DNA of 64,000 nt from Bugula neritina (Eukaryota > Animalia > Bryozoa), in assembly GCA_964035545.1 (NCBI GenBank), contig OZ037771.1:7039190-7103189 (forward strand), given 5' to 3'. The notes under the pieces are model-generated. The model was not told the origin of the DNA, ran no database searches, and saw only the letters and a program-made list of their open reading frames with translations. A program made the position numbers and the translations under genes. Shown piece after piece: positions 49,101 to 60,241 of this stretch. Numbering within the stretch: the stretch's first letter is position 1; each line of letters opens with the position of its first letter.

Positions 49101-49337
49101 CAAAATATTACCATAAACTGCATAATATATTATATAGCTTGTAATTGAATCTTGTCATTATTATCTATACTATTAGTATATAGATGTGAATTTATGCTCT
49201 ACAATAGAAATAGCTGGTCAGTTAAATACCATTCAACTGTTTTAGGTGAGGCAGCAACTACTGAGACTAGTGAGGCAGCAGACGTTCCTCATTGCTTAGA
49301 TAACACCATGTCACTAGTGCCAAATGATCAAACTTAA
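46199..49337 (+). CDS. Type-I membrane protein, paralogue 1: signal peptide, 8-Cys domain, S/T stalk, TM helix, tail with PKQES; putative TNFR-like receptor, ~248 aa
   Basis: Exons 46199-46276 (needs a 1-nt deletion in the T8 run at 46219-46226), 47347-47534, 47750-48082, 48574-48630 and 49246-49337; phases are consistent. TM segment AYSICIPIAAILLVCLLAEVI. Exon structure is colinear with paralogue 2. Confidence 0.75.
47141..47182. repeat. Perfect 42-bp spacerless palindrome, intronic
   Basis: AGTATTTGACCTTTATAACTATAGTTATAAAGGTCAAATACT is self-complementary. Confidence 0.95.
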
Positions 49338-50431
49338 GTGTAAAACTATCACATAAGTAATGCAGGTTAAATTGTTTATCTCTATTTTAAATTACTGCCA
49401 AAATAATTTACTTACTTACATCTTTTAATTTTCATCAAACAATATATCTTTCTATTGAACTATGACAGTTGAAATTTATGTTAACCTTTATTTAATGTTT
49501 TATATAGCAATTGCCCCTTTTGTTGAAGCAAATTGCTTCAAGCATTGCGATTAAATTTTTCAGCTTCCATGTTATTTTAATGTTTCAGTAATAGTCATGT
49601 TATATTATATTTTATAATTTGACTGCCCCTTATACTGAGTTTACATACTTACAGATGTATAAACTTTTTGTCTACTTTTCTACATATGCCACGTATAATA
49701 GTATTAGTCATGTGCATTACAATTACAATTACTCAGAATACATGAGTAAACAGCTAAATTTACTAAACTAAATTTGAAACCTAAATAATTTAGTGTAGAA
49801 TGCAGTAGTATAATTATATTATCTAGTAAAATAATGTTGGCTGTACAACCAACTATGATAAGTAATTAGTTGCGATTGAATAACAATTCTAAGGCACTTG
49901 ACGTCACGTTCTACATATCTCTCACCTACTAAATAAATAAAGAATGAAACTTTTAGTGCTTCCTTATTGCTAGTTATGCAAACATAACATTGATTGGTGT
50001 AAATAATTATGAGTGCCAATTCTTTTCTGAGTTTGAGTAAAACAAATTAAGCTTTTTTTCCTCGTCCATTGATTTATTGTTTACAAATTTACATATAGAA
50101 ACTACTAGTTTTAGCAGCATTACTAGTACAGGAGTAACTAAAGGTAGAATTTTAATTGGTTTGCTAATAATTGAAATGACACAAACGGGCAAAATAACAA
50201 TAGGTGCCGATAATGAACATTTAAAACAAATTCTTAGCATATATAATGCTAATGTGGACTAAGCTTGATTAAAGCTTGCTCAAAAGCTTGGGATTGAAAT
50301 AGCATTACAATTGAAACACTTCATAACAAATAATATCAGCCGGATCTAAATTATAGGTATATTGGGAAACTGCAGTAAGCATGGCGTGATTAGTGAATTT
50401 ATAATGATATATTGTATTTTCCTTGCCAAGC

Positions 50432-50510
50432 TGGAAAATCCAAGCAGTTAATATAAAATACGTTGATTGGATGATTCCATTGAGGTAATTGGAATGTTTG
50501 GGGAAATCCC
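50432..50510 (+). promoter_or_regulatory. NF-kB sites upstream of the putative non-coding first exon of paralogue 2
   Basis: Perfect GGGAAATCCC at 50501-50510 plus TGGAAAATCC at 50432. Donor AG|GTAAGC at 50573; next acceptor at 51637. Confidence 0.55.
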
Positions 50511-51659
50511 AGATTAGGTTGTTGGAAAACGCAATCATAAGGAAACTATTCATTCTCGTCCCAACTTTCAAGGTAAGCTGTTGTATATTAAATCTGTATA
50601 AATGTTATGAAATATATTTTCATTCGTTATAGGAAGAACAATAGAGTTTAATTATCACTGACTCATAAACATCTAGGAGGTATATATTTTTCATTTTTAG
50701 TACTACACTGGGGGATTCAAGATAATCCTTTCGTTAGTTTTTTATTGTAAACATTCACACGACTTGGAACTGTTTTGGTTCATTAGCTTTAGGTTTTGTG
50801 ATAATTAAGTTTGTCATTATGCCATAATATATACTTGTACATGTTGCTAGTATAACCTATCAATGTAAGGTGCATAATAAGCCCATGTGGTTTCTAACTT
50901 AAACACTTACTTACTCAAAGTCTGGTGACTCAACCACTTGTCAGTCTATGGTTAGTGTTAGCATGTATCTAATGCATTGGCAGAAAAAGAGCTACTCATG
51001 TGACTTAGTCAATTGTTTTAACTCTATTGTACTTCCAACTATACTAGCAAACAAAAACATTATATTTACATTTAGTTAGTGCTACTGAGAATACACCATT
51101 GATCGAATTCCAATTAATCACAGCGTTTCCGTCCCTTCCCATTATGGATGCTCCTATGCATGGATGAATTTGTGGTTTGCCTTTACTAGTGGTTGTGGCT
51201 TTATTTGAAGCAACTGTTTCCAAACATTAAATGAAAAATTCATTAGTATACATATATAATATATTGCAGTTACAGCTAGCTAGCACACAATAAGTAGGTT
51301 ATAATACACCATGTGTTTTGGTTCCTATAGCCACCATATAGAACAATCACTTTAGTATTTATGTATATATTACCTCCCCCCAACTATTCAAAACCAAAAG
51401 CTGCTAAAAGCAGCTCTATTTCTACGTATTACTGTTATGTTGTTTTCATATCTATAACTGCAATATTTTATTGCCAATCTCAAAATAACCCATAAACAGT
51501 TTTAGAAAGCAACTCCAAATTACAAAGTAGCAACACAATTTTAAATTGCTAAAAGCAATCTATTTTAGATCGAAAATCTCTGATTAGTTATTCTATATGA
51601 CTATTTAGATATAAAAATTTATTTAATTTTTTTTTAGAGAATATGAAAAGGGAGCAGCT

Positions 51660-54600
51660 ATGAGATATTACTTTGCTTCATTGCTCAATAATTTGCTGTA
51701 CTTTGTGCTCATTGCTAGACCTTGCTTACTCTCTACTCTCCCATTGGCTGTTTTAAGGTGAGCTAGATTGTTGTTGCATGCAAGTATATATAATATGTCT
51801 AAATAATTGTATAATTGCAAAAATTTTCATACCTATTAGGCAATAGTTTGTTGTACAAGCCAAAAAGAGTTCTATCACATAACTCTTTGTTAGAATATAA
51901 ACAAGCATAAACAATATTAGGTTAGAAATTTTTACTAACTATATAACATGTACTAACTTAATTATAGAGCAGTTTAGAAGACAAGTATTTGCTCGTTATT
52001 TTTATAAATGCAATTCCATAATTTCTTAATTATCATTTGTTGTGTTTTTGAAGGTAAATGGCAAAAAATTAATTCCAAACTGATAACTTTTCTAGTAATT
52101 ATAACAAGTATTAAATTGAAACAACAGTCACAAGTTATATTGATTAACACATTTTGCTGTTTTTTGAAAGAAAATATAGTAATTTTCATATCAGATTAAA
52201 AGTAAAAATAGCTAGCATATTGAAATTTCATAATATTTAATATTTAGCCTTTTTTATGAAAATAATTCTAAATTACCTTAATACTTGCATTGTAGCACAG
52301 TTGTCAAGTTTTTATTTATAGAGAAAATTAAACAATTAGCATGTCTCAACATTTTTATAATGATTTTGAAAACTCATAAGAATATAATTATTTTGCAGTT
52401 GCAAAGGAAGGTTGTCAAATTTTTCGTACAGTGATTGTCAAAGGCCCACAATACCTGGCCATGACGTTGCTTGTTTCTTATACGAAGGGCTTGGATATAG
52501 ACCATGTAGCTCCATATGTGACGGAGTTGAAGTCAAGTCCTATGAAGGAGATAAGAGCTATAGAAACTGTGAAGCACGATGCAAATGTACGTTCGAATCG
52601 TGCATAATATTTAATAAATTAAAGTATAAGTTCCAATTGAGTTTCAGCAAAAGTTTTTTGTCTCCTAAAATAATTCATATTGATTATGAAGCATCATGCG
52701 GCAGTTAACTGAAAAGCACAAAATCACGTTAATTAAAAAGTTTGTAATTAGGTAACTTGGAAAATCCAGAATGATAATGTGCAACATCCAGTGTGTGATT
52801 TGATTAGACAAAATGTTTTAATTTTTACAGTTTGGTGACATGACTTTACAACAAAATAAATTCTGATACGAAATCGCATAAAAGATGTGTGCACATTTGC
52901 ATACGTCACAGTGTGTGTGTAAATTAGCTAAAACTAGCTCCTGTTACGTTATAGTGTTGGTATATTTATGTGTGATATTATAAATTATACTATAATTATA
53001 TTATGTTTGCACAGTGTTTATGACCAGAGAATGCACTGAAGTGCAGCAGCATTCTACTGTTCAAGCTGAAGCAACTGTCTCAGAAGTTACCAGACAAGAA
53101 ACAAGTTTGGAACGTGTGACACCATCTACTGCGGACGAGTACAAACTGGCCAGGAACTCTACAAAAGTTGTATCCTCACGAACAAAAATCAGTCACATTG
53201 CTATCTACCTTGTATTTGGTTTGTTGGGCCTATTTGTGATTATTGTTGTTATTGCTGAAGTCCTGAGAAAAAGAAAAGATCAGGATTCTCGTGTTCGAAG
53301 GCGCTCGCTTTTTGAAAGAATCAAACGGGCAATGTGCAGACTCAGACCTGCAGATATTGTTGAGCTAGGTGAGCGATAAAAAAATTGTTAAGCAATTTAA
53401 AAGCTAGTAAAGCATAAATCACTGAGTTAAAAATGACTTGATACAATTGCAGTAAAATATCCTATGAAATATTGTCACAAAACTTTGCATTGCTATAAAT
53501 AGCTGTCGCTTTTCAATTTTTCATTCATCATTACTTCATTCGATAATATAATTATTTAGTTTAACCTAACATTGAAATATGTTAGGTTTATGTCTTTGAA
53601 TTTAATTTATTTTTGAACTCTCATTAGATACCATGAAACAAGATAATATAAAAAGTTATCTTATTTAATAATTATTCATAGTAATATATTTAAAAAAGCG
53701 CATTTTTATCATCATACAAATCCTAGTGATAGCACTAATGCAACAGAGCCAGCGAAAATGATTTCATATAAAGTACTTTAAAAACTTAGAATATACAATA
53801 TATACAGAAATTTTTACAGCATACTTTATTCAAGAGAGGACAACTTTAATATAAGAGTCCACTCGGCTGTTACCTTTCACAACCATTTCTTTTACTGTGA
53901 TGCACTTTTGCTACTGTAGTATTATATACTACCAAGGTTTGATTATAGCTATTCATATTCTGAGAAATTATTATAGTGATGTTTTTTGTTTTGCATGCAC
54001 AGAGCTTGCTCAAGTAAGACATCCTTTACAAGTATCAGGTATGTATATATAGTTGGTATAATCTACCAGCCTAATGGTAAGAGTAAGATTAAAATGTAGT
54101 AAGATTAAGAAAAATAACAATGCTAAGAATAGTCTAAAAAATACGAAACTTTAAAACAAAACAACAAATAAATTGCTTTGCTTTGCTTTAAATTTCTTTT
54201 AGTGTGATGCACTTTTGATACTATAGTATTATATACTACCAAGGTTTGATTATAGCTATTCATATTCTGAGAAATTATTATAGTGATGTTTTTTGTTTTG
54301 CATGCACAGAGCTTGCTCAAGTAAGACATCCTTTACAAGTTACAGGTATGTATATATAGTTGGTATAATCTACCAGCCTAATGGTAAGAGTAAGATTAAA
54401 ATGTAGTAAGATTAAGAAAACTAACAATGCTAAGAGTAGTCTGAAAAATACGAAACTTTAAAACAAAACAACAAATAAATTGCTTTGATATCATTATTTA
54501 TATTCTTTACAAGTACAATGTAATATTTTAAAACATGTTGAAATATGTATATAGCTATGCTTATAAACTGATTATTGTTATAGAAACTATGCCTACAGCT

Positions 54601-54681
54601 CAAGCCAGTCAAGCGGCTGATGTTCCTTTCATTCCAGATAACATTTTTCATCCAGTAGTGAATGAAGAAATTGGACTGTAA
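51660..54681 (+). CDS. Type-I membrane protein, paralogue 2: signal peptide, 8-Cys domain, stalk, TM helix, tail with PLQVS and PLQVT; putative TNFR-like receptor, ~269 aa
   Basis: Exons 51660-51757, 52399-52586, 53015-53368, 54003-54038, 54310-54345 and 54584-54681 sum to 810 nt in frame. TM segment IAIYLVFGLLGLFVIIVVIAEVL is followed by RKRK. The Cys exon is 188 nt in both paralogues. Confidence 0.8.
53896..54487. repeat. Near-identical 307-bp tandem duplication containing a 36-nt exon
   Basis: 53896-54180 is repeated at 54203-54487 with few differences. Confidence 0.95.
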
Positions 54682-54799
54682 ACTACCCACACCAGCTTTA
54701 TCATTTATTAAGCTGTACATGACTCTCTGTTTCTAATCTTTACAAAAATAACTTTGTTATTTTATGAGTTTCAATACTGCATGCAGAAGCTCATATATG

Positions 54800-55015
54800 G
54801 TATATAGTATAATATAATATAATATAACATATCATGATATAGTATAGTATAATATAATATAGTATAATATAATGTAATATAACATAATATAATATAATAT
54901 AACATGATATAATATAATATGATATAGTATAGTATAATATAATATAATATAATGTAATATAATATAATACAATGTGATAGAGTATAGTATAATATAATAT
55001 AATATAATATATATA
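54800..55015. repeat. (AATAT)n-type pentamer microsatellite between convergent 3' ends
   Basis: Directly visible. It explains the YYII ORFs. Confidence 0.92.
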
Positions 55016-55186
55016 CATGTTTTATATAGTTTTTCACTTTATTTTGTAATAATGCATATCTTTATATCTTAATATTAATATCATATGTAGTTTTAAATTA
55101 TGTGCAGTATATACTACTTATAGTGTTTTTGACTGATTTATATTAATAGATGCATATATGCAATATTACAATAGCAGTATATAATA

Positions 55187-57556
55187 CTACATTGTAGATT
55201 TGCAAAATTTTTCAAGTCTTTTTGTAAGATTTTTGTTGTCCTGGTTTACCGTGCTTCTTGTCATCGTTCTACTTTCAGTAATTTGTAATGAATATGTCGC
55301 TTCCTTTCCAGTGTCAGATGTCTTTAATAAAATAATATTAAAAGTTATCAATGCATAATTAATATAATAATTAAGGTATAGCCTTTTTTAAATAGAATTG
55401 TTTCTCAACAAGTTCTCATTCTAAATACTATGCAGTACTTAAACATCGCTTGGAAGAACCCATTGAAAATATGTAGATTCAAGTACAATTGTACTATAAA
55501 TAGTATAATTTTATTTAAACTATACTTTATATACTGAGATATTACATGCACCATGTACCAAATTTACTCATTTAGTTTTAAAAAAGCTAAATGAATCTAT
55601 AAAACTACGTAATAGAAACCAAATAGGCTATAAGCATTTGATCTAAGAGACGTAAAGGCAAATTATTACGTTGACATTGTTTTCAAACATGATAATTATT
55701 ATTTTGACACTTACTAGTGAGTGAAAGGTCATCTTAGCTGTAGTCCAAGGTCGTTCAGTCTCTTGTTTATATGTATATTTTTTTGCTATTTCTTTACTTC
55801 TTTCTCTAGTAGTTACATTGACCGTACCTGGTCGAACCAGCTGTCTAGATAGGGCATTGTTGTAGGACTTCAAATCTGATTGCGATTTTGCATGATCAGT
55901 CATCAGAGTAGAGGAAGCTGTGCTCACTGGCCTGCCTGTTAGATACTTTCTATTAGGTATTATACTGCCAGTGTTTGTAGAGTTTTCTGAATGTTTTAGC
56001 AAAGTTGGCGCAGATGTAGTAGCTTTTAAAGTTGCTGATGATTTTCCTAAAACATGAGGGGTACAATTGAAAAGTTTTGACTACAGTTTAAAAAACTATA
56101 TACCAATTTTATAGACAAATTTAGACAATTTTATTTCTATGACAAAATAAGCTTAAGATAAAAACAATTACGTCAAGTTAATAACTCAAGGTTTCTTAAC
56201 TCTTAAAAATGTCAATATTTATGTGAGATGTAACTTTAAAAAGTTGCATGCATAAAACTAAATGAAAAAATATTTTTCAAGTATATGATTGCCCCACTTC
56301 TGTCAGAGACAGTGCAGCAGTAGCATATTTCATAAATATCAAGCATGCCTACTGGTAATATGCTTTTAGCCCTCGAAAATATTTTAATTTAGTATATTGG
56401 TTTCATAGATAAACTCAGTATAAACATTCAATGATAAAATTAAACAATAATGAACAGTTATACAGACTTTCTAAAAATTGCATACAACTACAAGAAAATA
56501 TTAGATTACGGTTATATACCTCTTGCCCTAGTAGGTGAGAGTGCCAACCGCTGTCTAATGCTACACAATGTTGCCTCTAGCAATCTGCTGTCTGACATTT
56601 TCTCTCTTTCTGTTTGTAGTCTCTTTTCCAGTTCTTGATTTCTTGTTAACTTTGCATATACGAGATGAGTGCTGTATACCTTTATTAACATGCATAACAC
56701 CTTTAATTGCTAATGTGATGTTTATATAGATGATACAATAACATAATATATGCTGTGATTGTGTTGTTTCTTGTTGTTATAAAATTGCAACAGATTATAA
56801 TGATTGTATAACTTTGCAGTATCTATATTATTTATTTTAGGATTATATAAATAATATTGACAAGGTTCCAAAAAAAGAAAAGATGGTTATACAAGTTGAT
56901 GTTTTATATAAAAAACTTTCCGGAAAAATCTATGTGCTCATGGGATTTGTAATTTATAGCACAGGAACTAAACTTAATAAAGATTGTTTAAGGCTTCATG
57001 ATACTGGTATTTCCCACCTAGATATAACAGGTACTTTAACAAATACTTTCATTGCACAAGAGTGCAGTTTTTTCTCATGCAGAAATTATTTAATTAGTCT
57101 TAGTTGATCACAAACCAAATTGTTATTTTTTCACTTTTGCCTGTTTTTAAATTCTATATAAAGCTAACTCTTATACTTCAAACTCTCTTGCTTTTAACTT
57201 TTATACCAAATGATAGCAACTAAACGGTTTTGTTCAACATTGAAATAATTTCTTGAGAAGAAAAGCAAAATACTGAAAACGAAAACAAATTAAAAGCTAA
57301 CTTATAGGTCTATAATAAAGTTCAATATCATAACTGCTTAGCATGGAAATTTTGCTTTGTAATGCATTGCTTAAAAAACATATTTCTAAATTAAGTTGAT
57401 ACATACCTTGTTTTCAAATCTTTTCAGCACAAATCTTTGTTCATTATGAATTTCCGTCAATATTCTCTTTCTGTTATTTTCTATATTTGCTAGCTTTTTC
57501 TTAAGGAGTAATTCCTCCTGCCAATTAGAATACTGATATGTCTCCATGAATGTCAT
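55187..57556 (-). CDS. Uncharacterised protein with an N-terminal coiled coil (weakly CCDC190-like), 4 exons, ~260 aa
   Basis: Exons 57556-57407, 56700 (or 56679)-56520, 56046-55715 and 55321-55187, phase-consistent. Helical N-terminus NWQEELLLKKKLANIENNRKRILTEIHNEQRF followed by a low-complexity S/T/R-rich region. Confidence 0.7.
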
Positions 57557-58690
57557 TGCGAGTTTAAGTTGCAGTAACTCTAGGATCAACTTGATACTTA
57601 AAGCAATTTTTCTAGACACTGAGCATGGTTGTGCAGCAGCAAATAATTAAACTGTTATTTGATAGATAAGATGCTGTGTTATATATACTGATAGCTTTAG
57701 TGTACTGAGTTGCCTAGCAACAAGCAATTTAGTTTGGTAAGCACTTATTAAAAAGCACACAGCACAGGTGGTCTTGTTTGAATAAGACATGCTGTTATTT
57801 CGTGCTTGCACCAGATAACATTGCATAGTCATTTCAACTGATAAAAATGTTTGAACCAGCAAGTTTTGATTGCATACCTATAGGGCAATGTGGGTTGTTT
57901 TTCTTTTAGCAATGAGTGCTTCAAAGATTTCAAACATTAAATGTTGACATACTTTTTATAACTTTCTACTGTAAAAACAACTATAGATGATTTGTGTGCT
58001 CATCATTAAAAATATTAAACTTGCATATTTATTAAATGAGCATTGCAAAATCTTTGCTATAAACAGAGCTGTGAAGCAGAGCTGTGCCTGTGACATTTGC
58101 CCATATAGTGCAGCTAAACTGACTGAAAAAGTTGAGGCATTATATATAAGAAAGTAGCCTATATAATAAAACCAATTGTAATTTTTAAGCAAAATATTTA
58201 TTAGAGCTCAGACTTTTGTATATAAAAGTAAATGGCACTATAGAGTAAACAAGAGACATTTCATTTGTTTCTTCTCAAATGAGCTATTTATCCCTTGAAA
58301 CAGGTGATAACAATTACAGCAAAATTACATTTCAATTATTGACAAGCGATTTAAAAAATTTTTGCTTTTTTTCACAACAGCCAACTGGTTAAATTTTTGC
58401 AAAACAACACAAAAACAACATACGTAAAAATATGTCACATGTGTATAATTATGACTAAATAGTTTTTTTGAATTATCAAAATGCATGGGTATATGTGCCT
58501 GTCAAATGAAGCAAACTAATAAAAATAATTTTTTTCTGGTTTAGTTCTTATTATGGAACAAGCAAAGCATTATACTAACATGAGAATACATTTAACTTAT
58601 GCTAAAGATCAACATCAATTAAATAATGCTATAGCAGTGCATAGCTGAAACTTGATCCAGAGAATTTTTAAAATCTTGGGTGTAAAAAAC

Positions 58691-60097
58691 TTAGAGTTTT
58701 TTGAAGCAACTATCGTGGGAACTCCCTGAGATGTATTTCCTTGACTGGGAATTTTGCTTCAACAGTTTGCATTTTCCTAGAAAAAGAAGAAAAAACATTA
58801 TCTTTTACCAAAAATGATAAAATAAATACTCAGTTATTTACTATCTCTAAAAATTTTCCCATTATTGCTTAAACTTGCAAATAACAATAAACAGAAATTG
58901 TAGCATGCTTTTTACTGGCGCATGATGATTTTACCTGTTGACGAGTTGAAGCCAAAACTATCACACTCTATCATATTTGAGCAATAAATGGAGCAAATCT
59001 CTGAATTTCCAACCATCAAAGACGACAATTCCAAAAATGCTTTAGGACACTGATAGCCTTTTGCTGCGACACTGTAGCGACTGACCGTTTCAGCTAAACA
59101 AGAAAAACTCTGATTGCAGATTGGTCATTTTTAGTACACAACACTGACATTATATGGCAATCAAACAACTGGATAGTTTACTAATTTTCTACTAATGAAA
59201 TGTTTTTCAAGAAAAGATAGTTTGAAGGAGTGTCCAAGATATTATTTTGAAGTATTGCCAAAAATATCTAGTTGTATTATTGATTGAGGTGCATGACAGA
59301 AAGCTTTGTAGTAGTCATTTATTTATATGCTATGAATAATTATCAATTAAAGTAATAATTGAGTAATTTCAAATTATTTGATTTAGCTGGCACATTGATT
59401 TCTTAAACAGTTACAGAAATCTATAAAGAGCAGGTAGAATAGTATTTATTATTTTTGCATATTGTGTTTGATATACAATTAGGATATGCTTAATATAGCA
59501 TTTTGCGACTTACATTGGTTTTAATGTTGGAGAATAGAAAATTAAACATCTATTTTATATTGCATAGTAAATTAAAAATTTGAAGTATGTCAACATAATA
59601 GTCATGCTCCATAATATTTTAATCTTTTATCTAGAAATGTTGAACTCTCACTCACCAGGTCTTGGGTGATACAGGTCTCTGGATGTTGTGTGCGGTGCAT
59701 CGGTTGAACCTGTGTTACCGCCAGCTCTAGGAGTGTTAGTCAAAACATCACTAGAAGATGTGGAAGAATCGGAGGTTGTGCTAGTCACTTGTTGTGGAGT
59801 CTTAGAAGAATGCGGTTTTGAAATGGGTGCTGTGGTTGAAATGGTTGAAGTGGTTGAAGATGTTGAAGTGGTGGAAGTGGTGGAAGTAGTTGAAGTGGTG
59901 GAAGTGGTTGAAGGTGTTGAAATGGTTGAAGTGGATGAGGTGGTTGAGACGGTTGAAGTGGTTGAAGTGGTTGAAGTGGTTAAATTGGTTGAGGTGGTTC
60001 TATTCGTACTTGACCCTGGAATTAGAACACTGGCTGCATTAATTCTAGGACAATGAACAGCAATCAGTAGCAGTGACATCAGCTTGAAAAGTAGCAT
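58691..60097 (-). CDS. Secreted mucin-like (Thr/Ser-rich) protein with a C-terminal PAN/apple-like domain, 3 exons
   Basis: Exons 60097-59656, 59093-58935 and 58776-58691. Signal peptide MLLFKLMSLLLIAVHC.., (STT)n repeats, then a six-Cys domain with the core CSIYCSNMIECDSFGFNSSTGKCKL typical of PAN/apple. No TM helix. Confidence 0.8.
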
Positions 60098-60241
60098 AGA
60101 ACACAATGCTTGATAATACTGAAGTTTATTTCAACAATGTTTTGCAAAACTGCTAATTTTAAATTGCTGCAATTACGCCCCAATAATCCTTAATATACAG
60201 ATCATAATCATACTGCAACAAGAAGTATAATATAGAGGTTA

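Noticed and set aside
53628-53855. Additional candidate small or terminal exons in paralogue 2 (DTMKQDNIK; AYFIQERTTLI*)
   Set aside because: Splice signals are weak or unsupported and there is no counterpart in paralogue 1; RNA evidence is needed.
59688-60056. Val/Glu-rich plus-strand ORF
   Set aside because: It is the antisense shadow of the mucin (STT)n exon.
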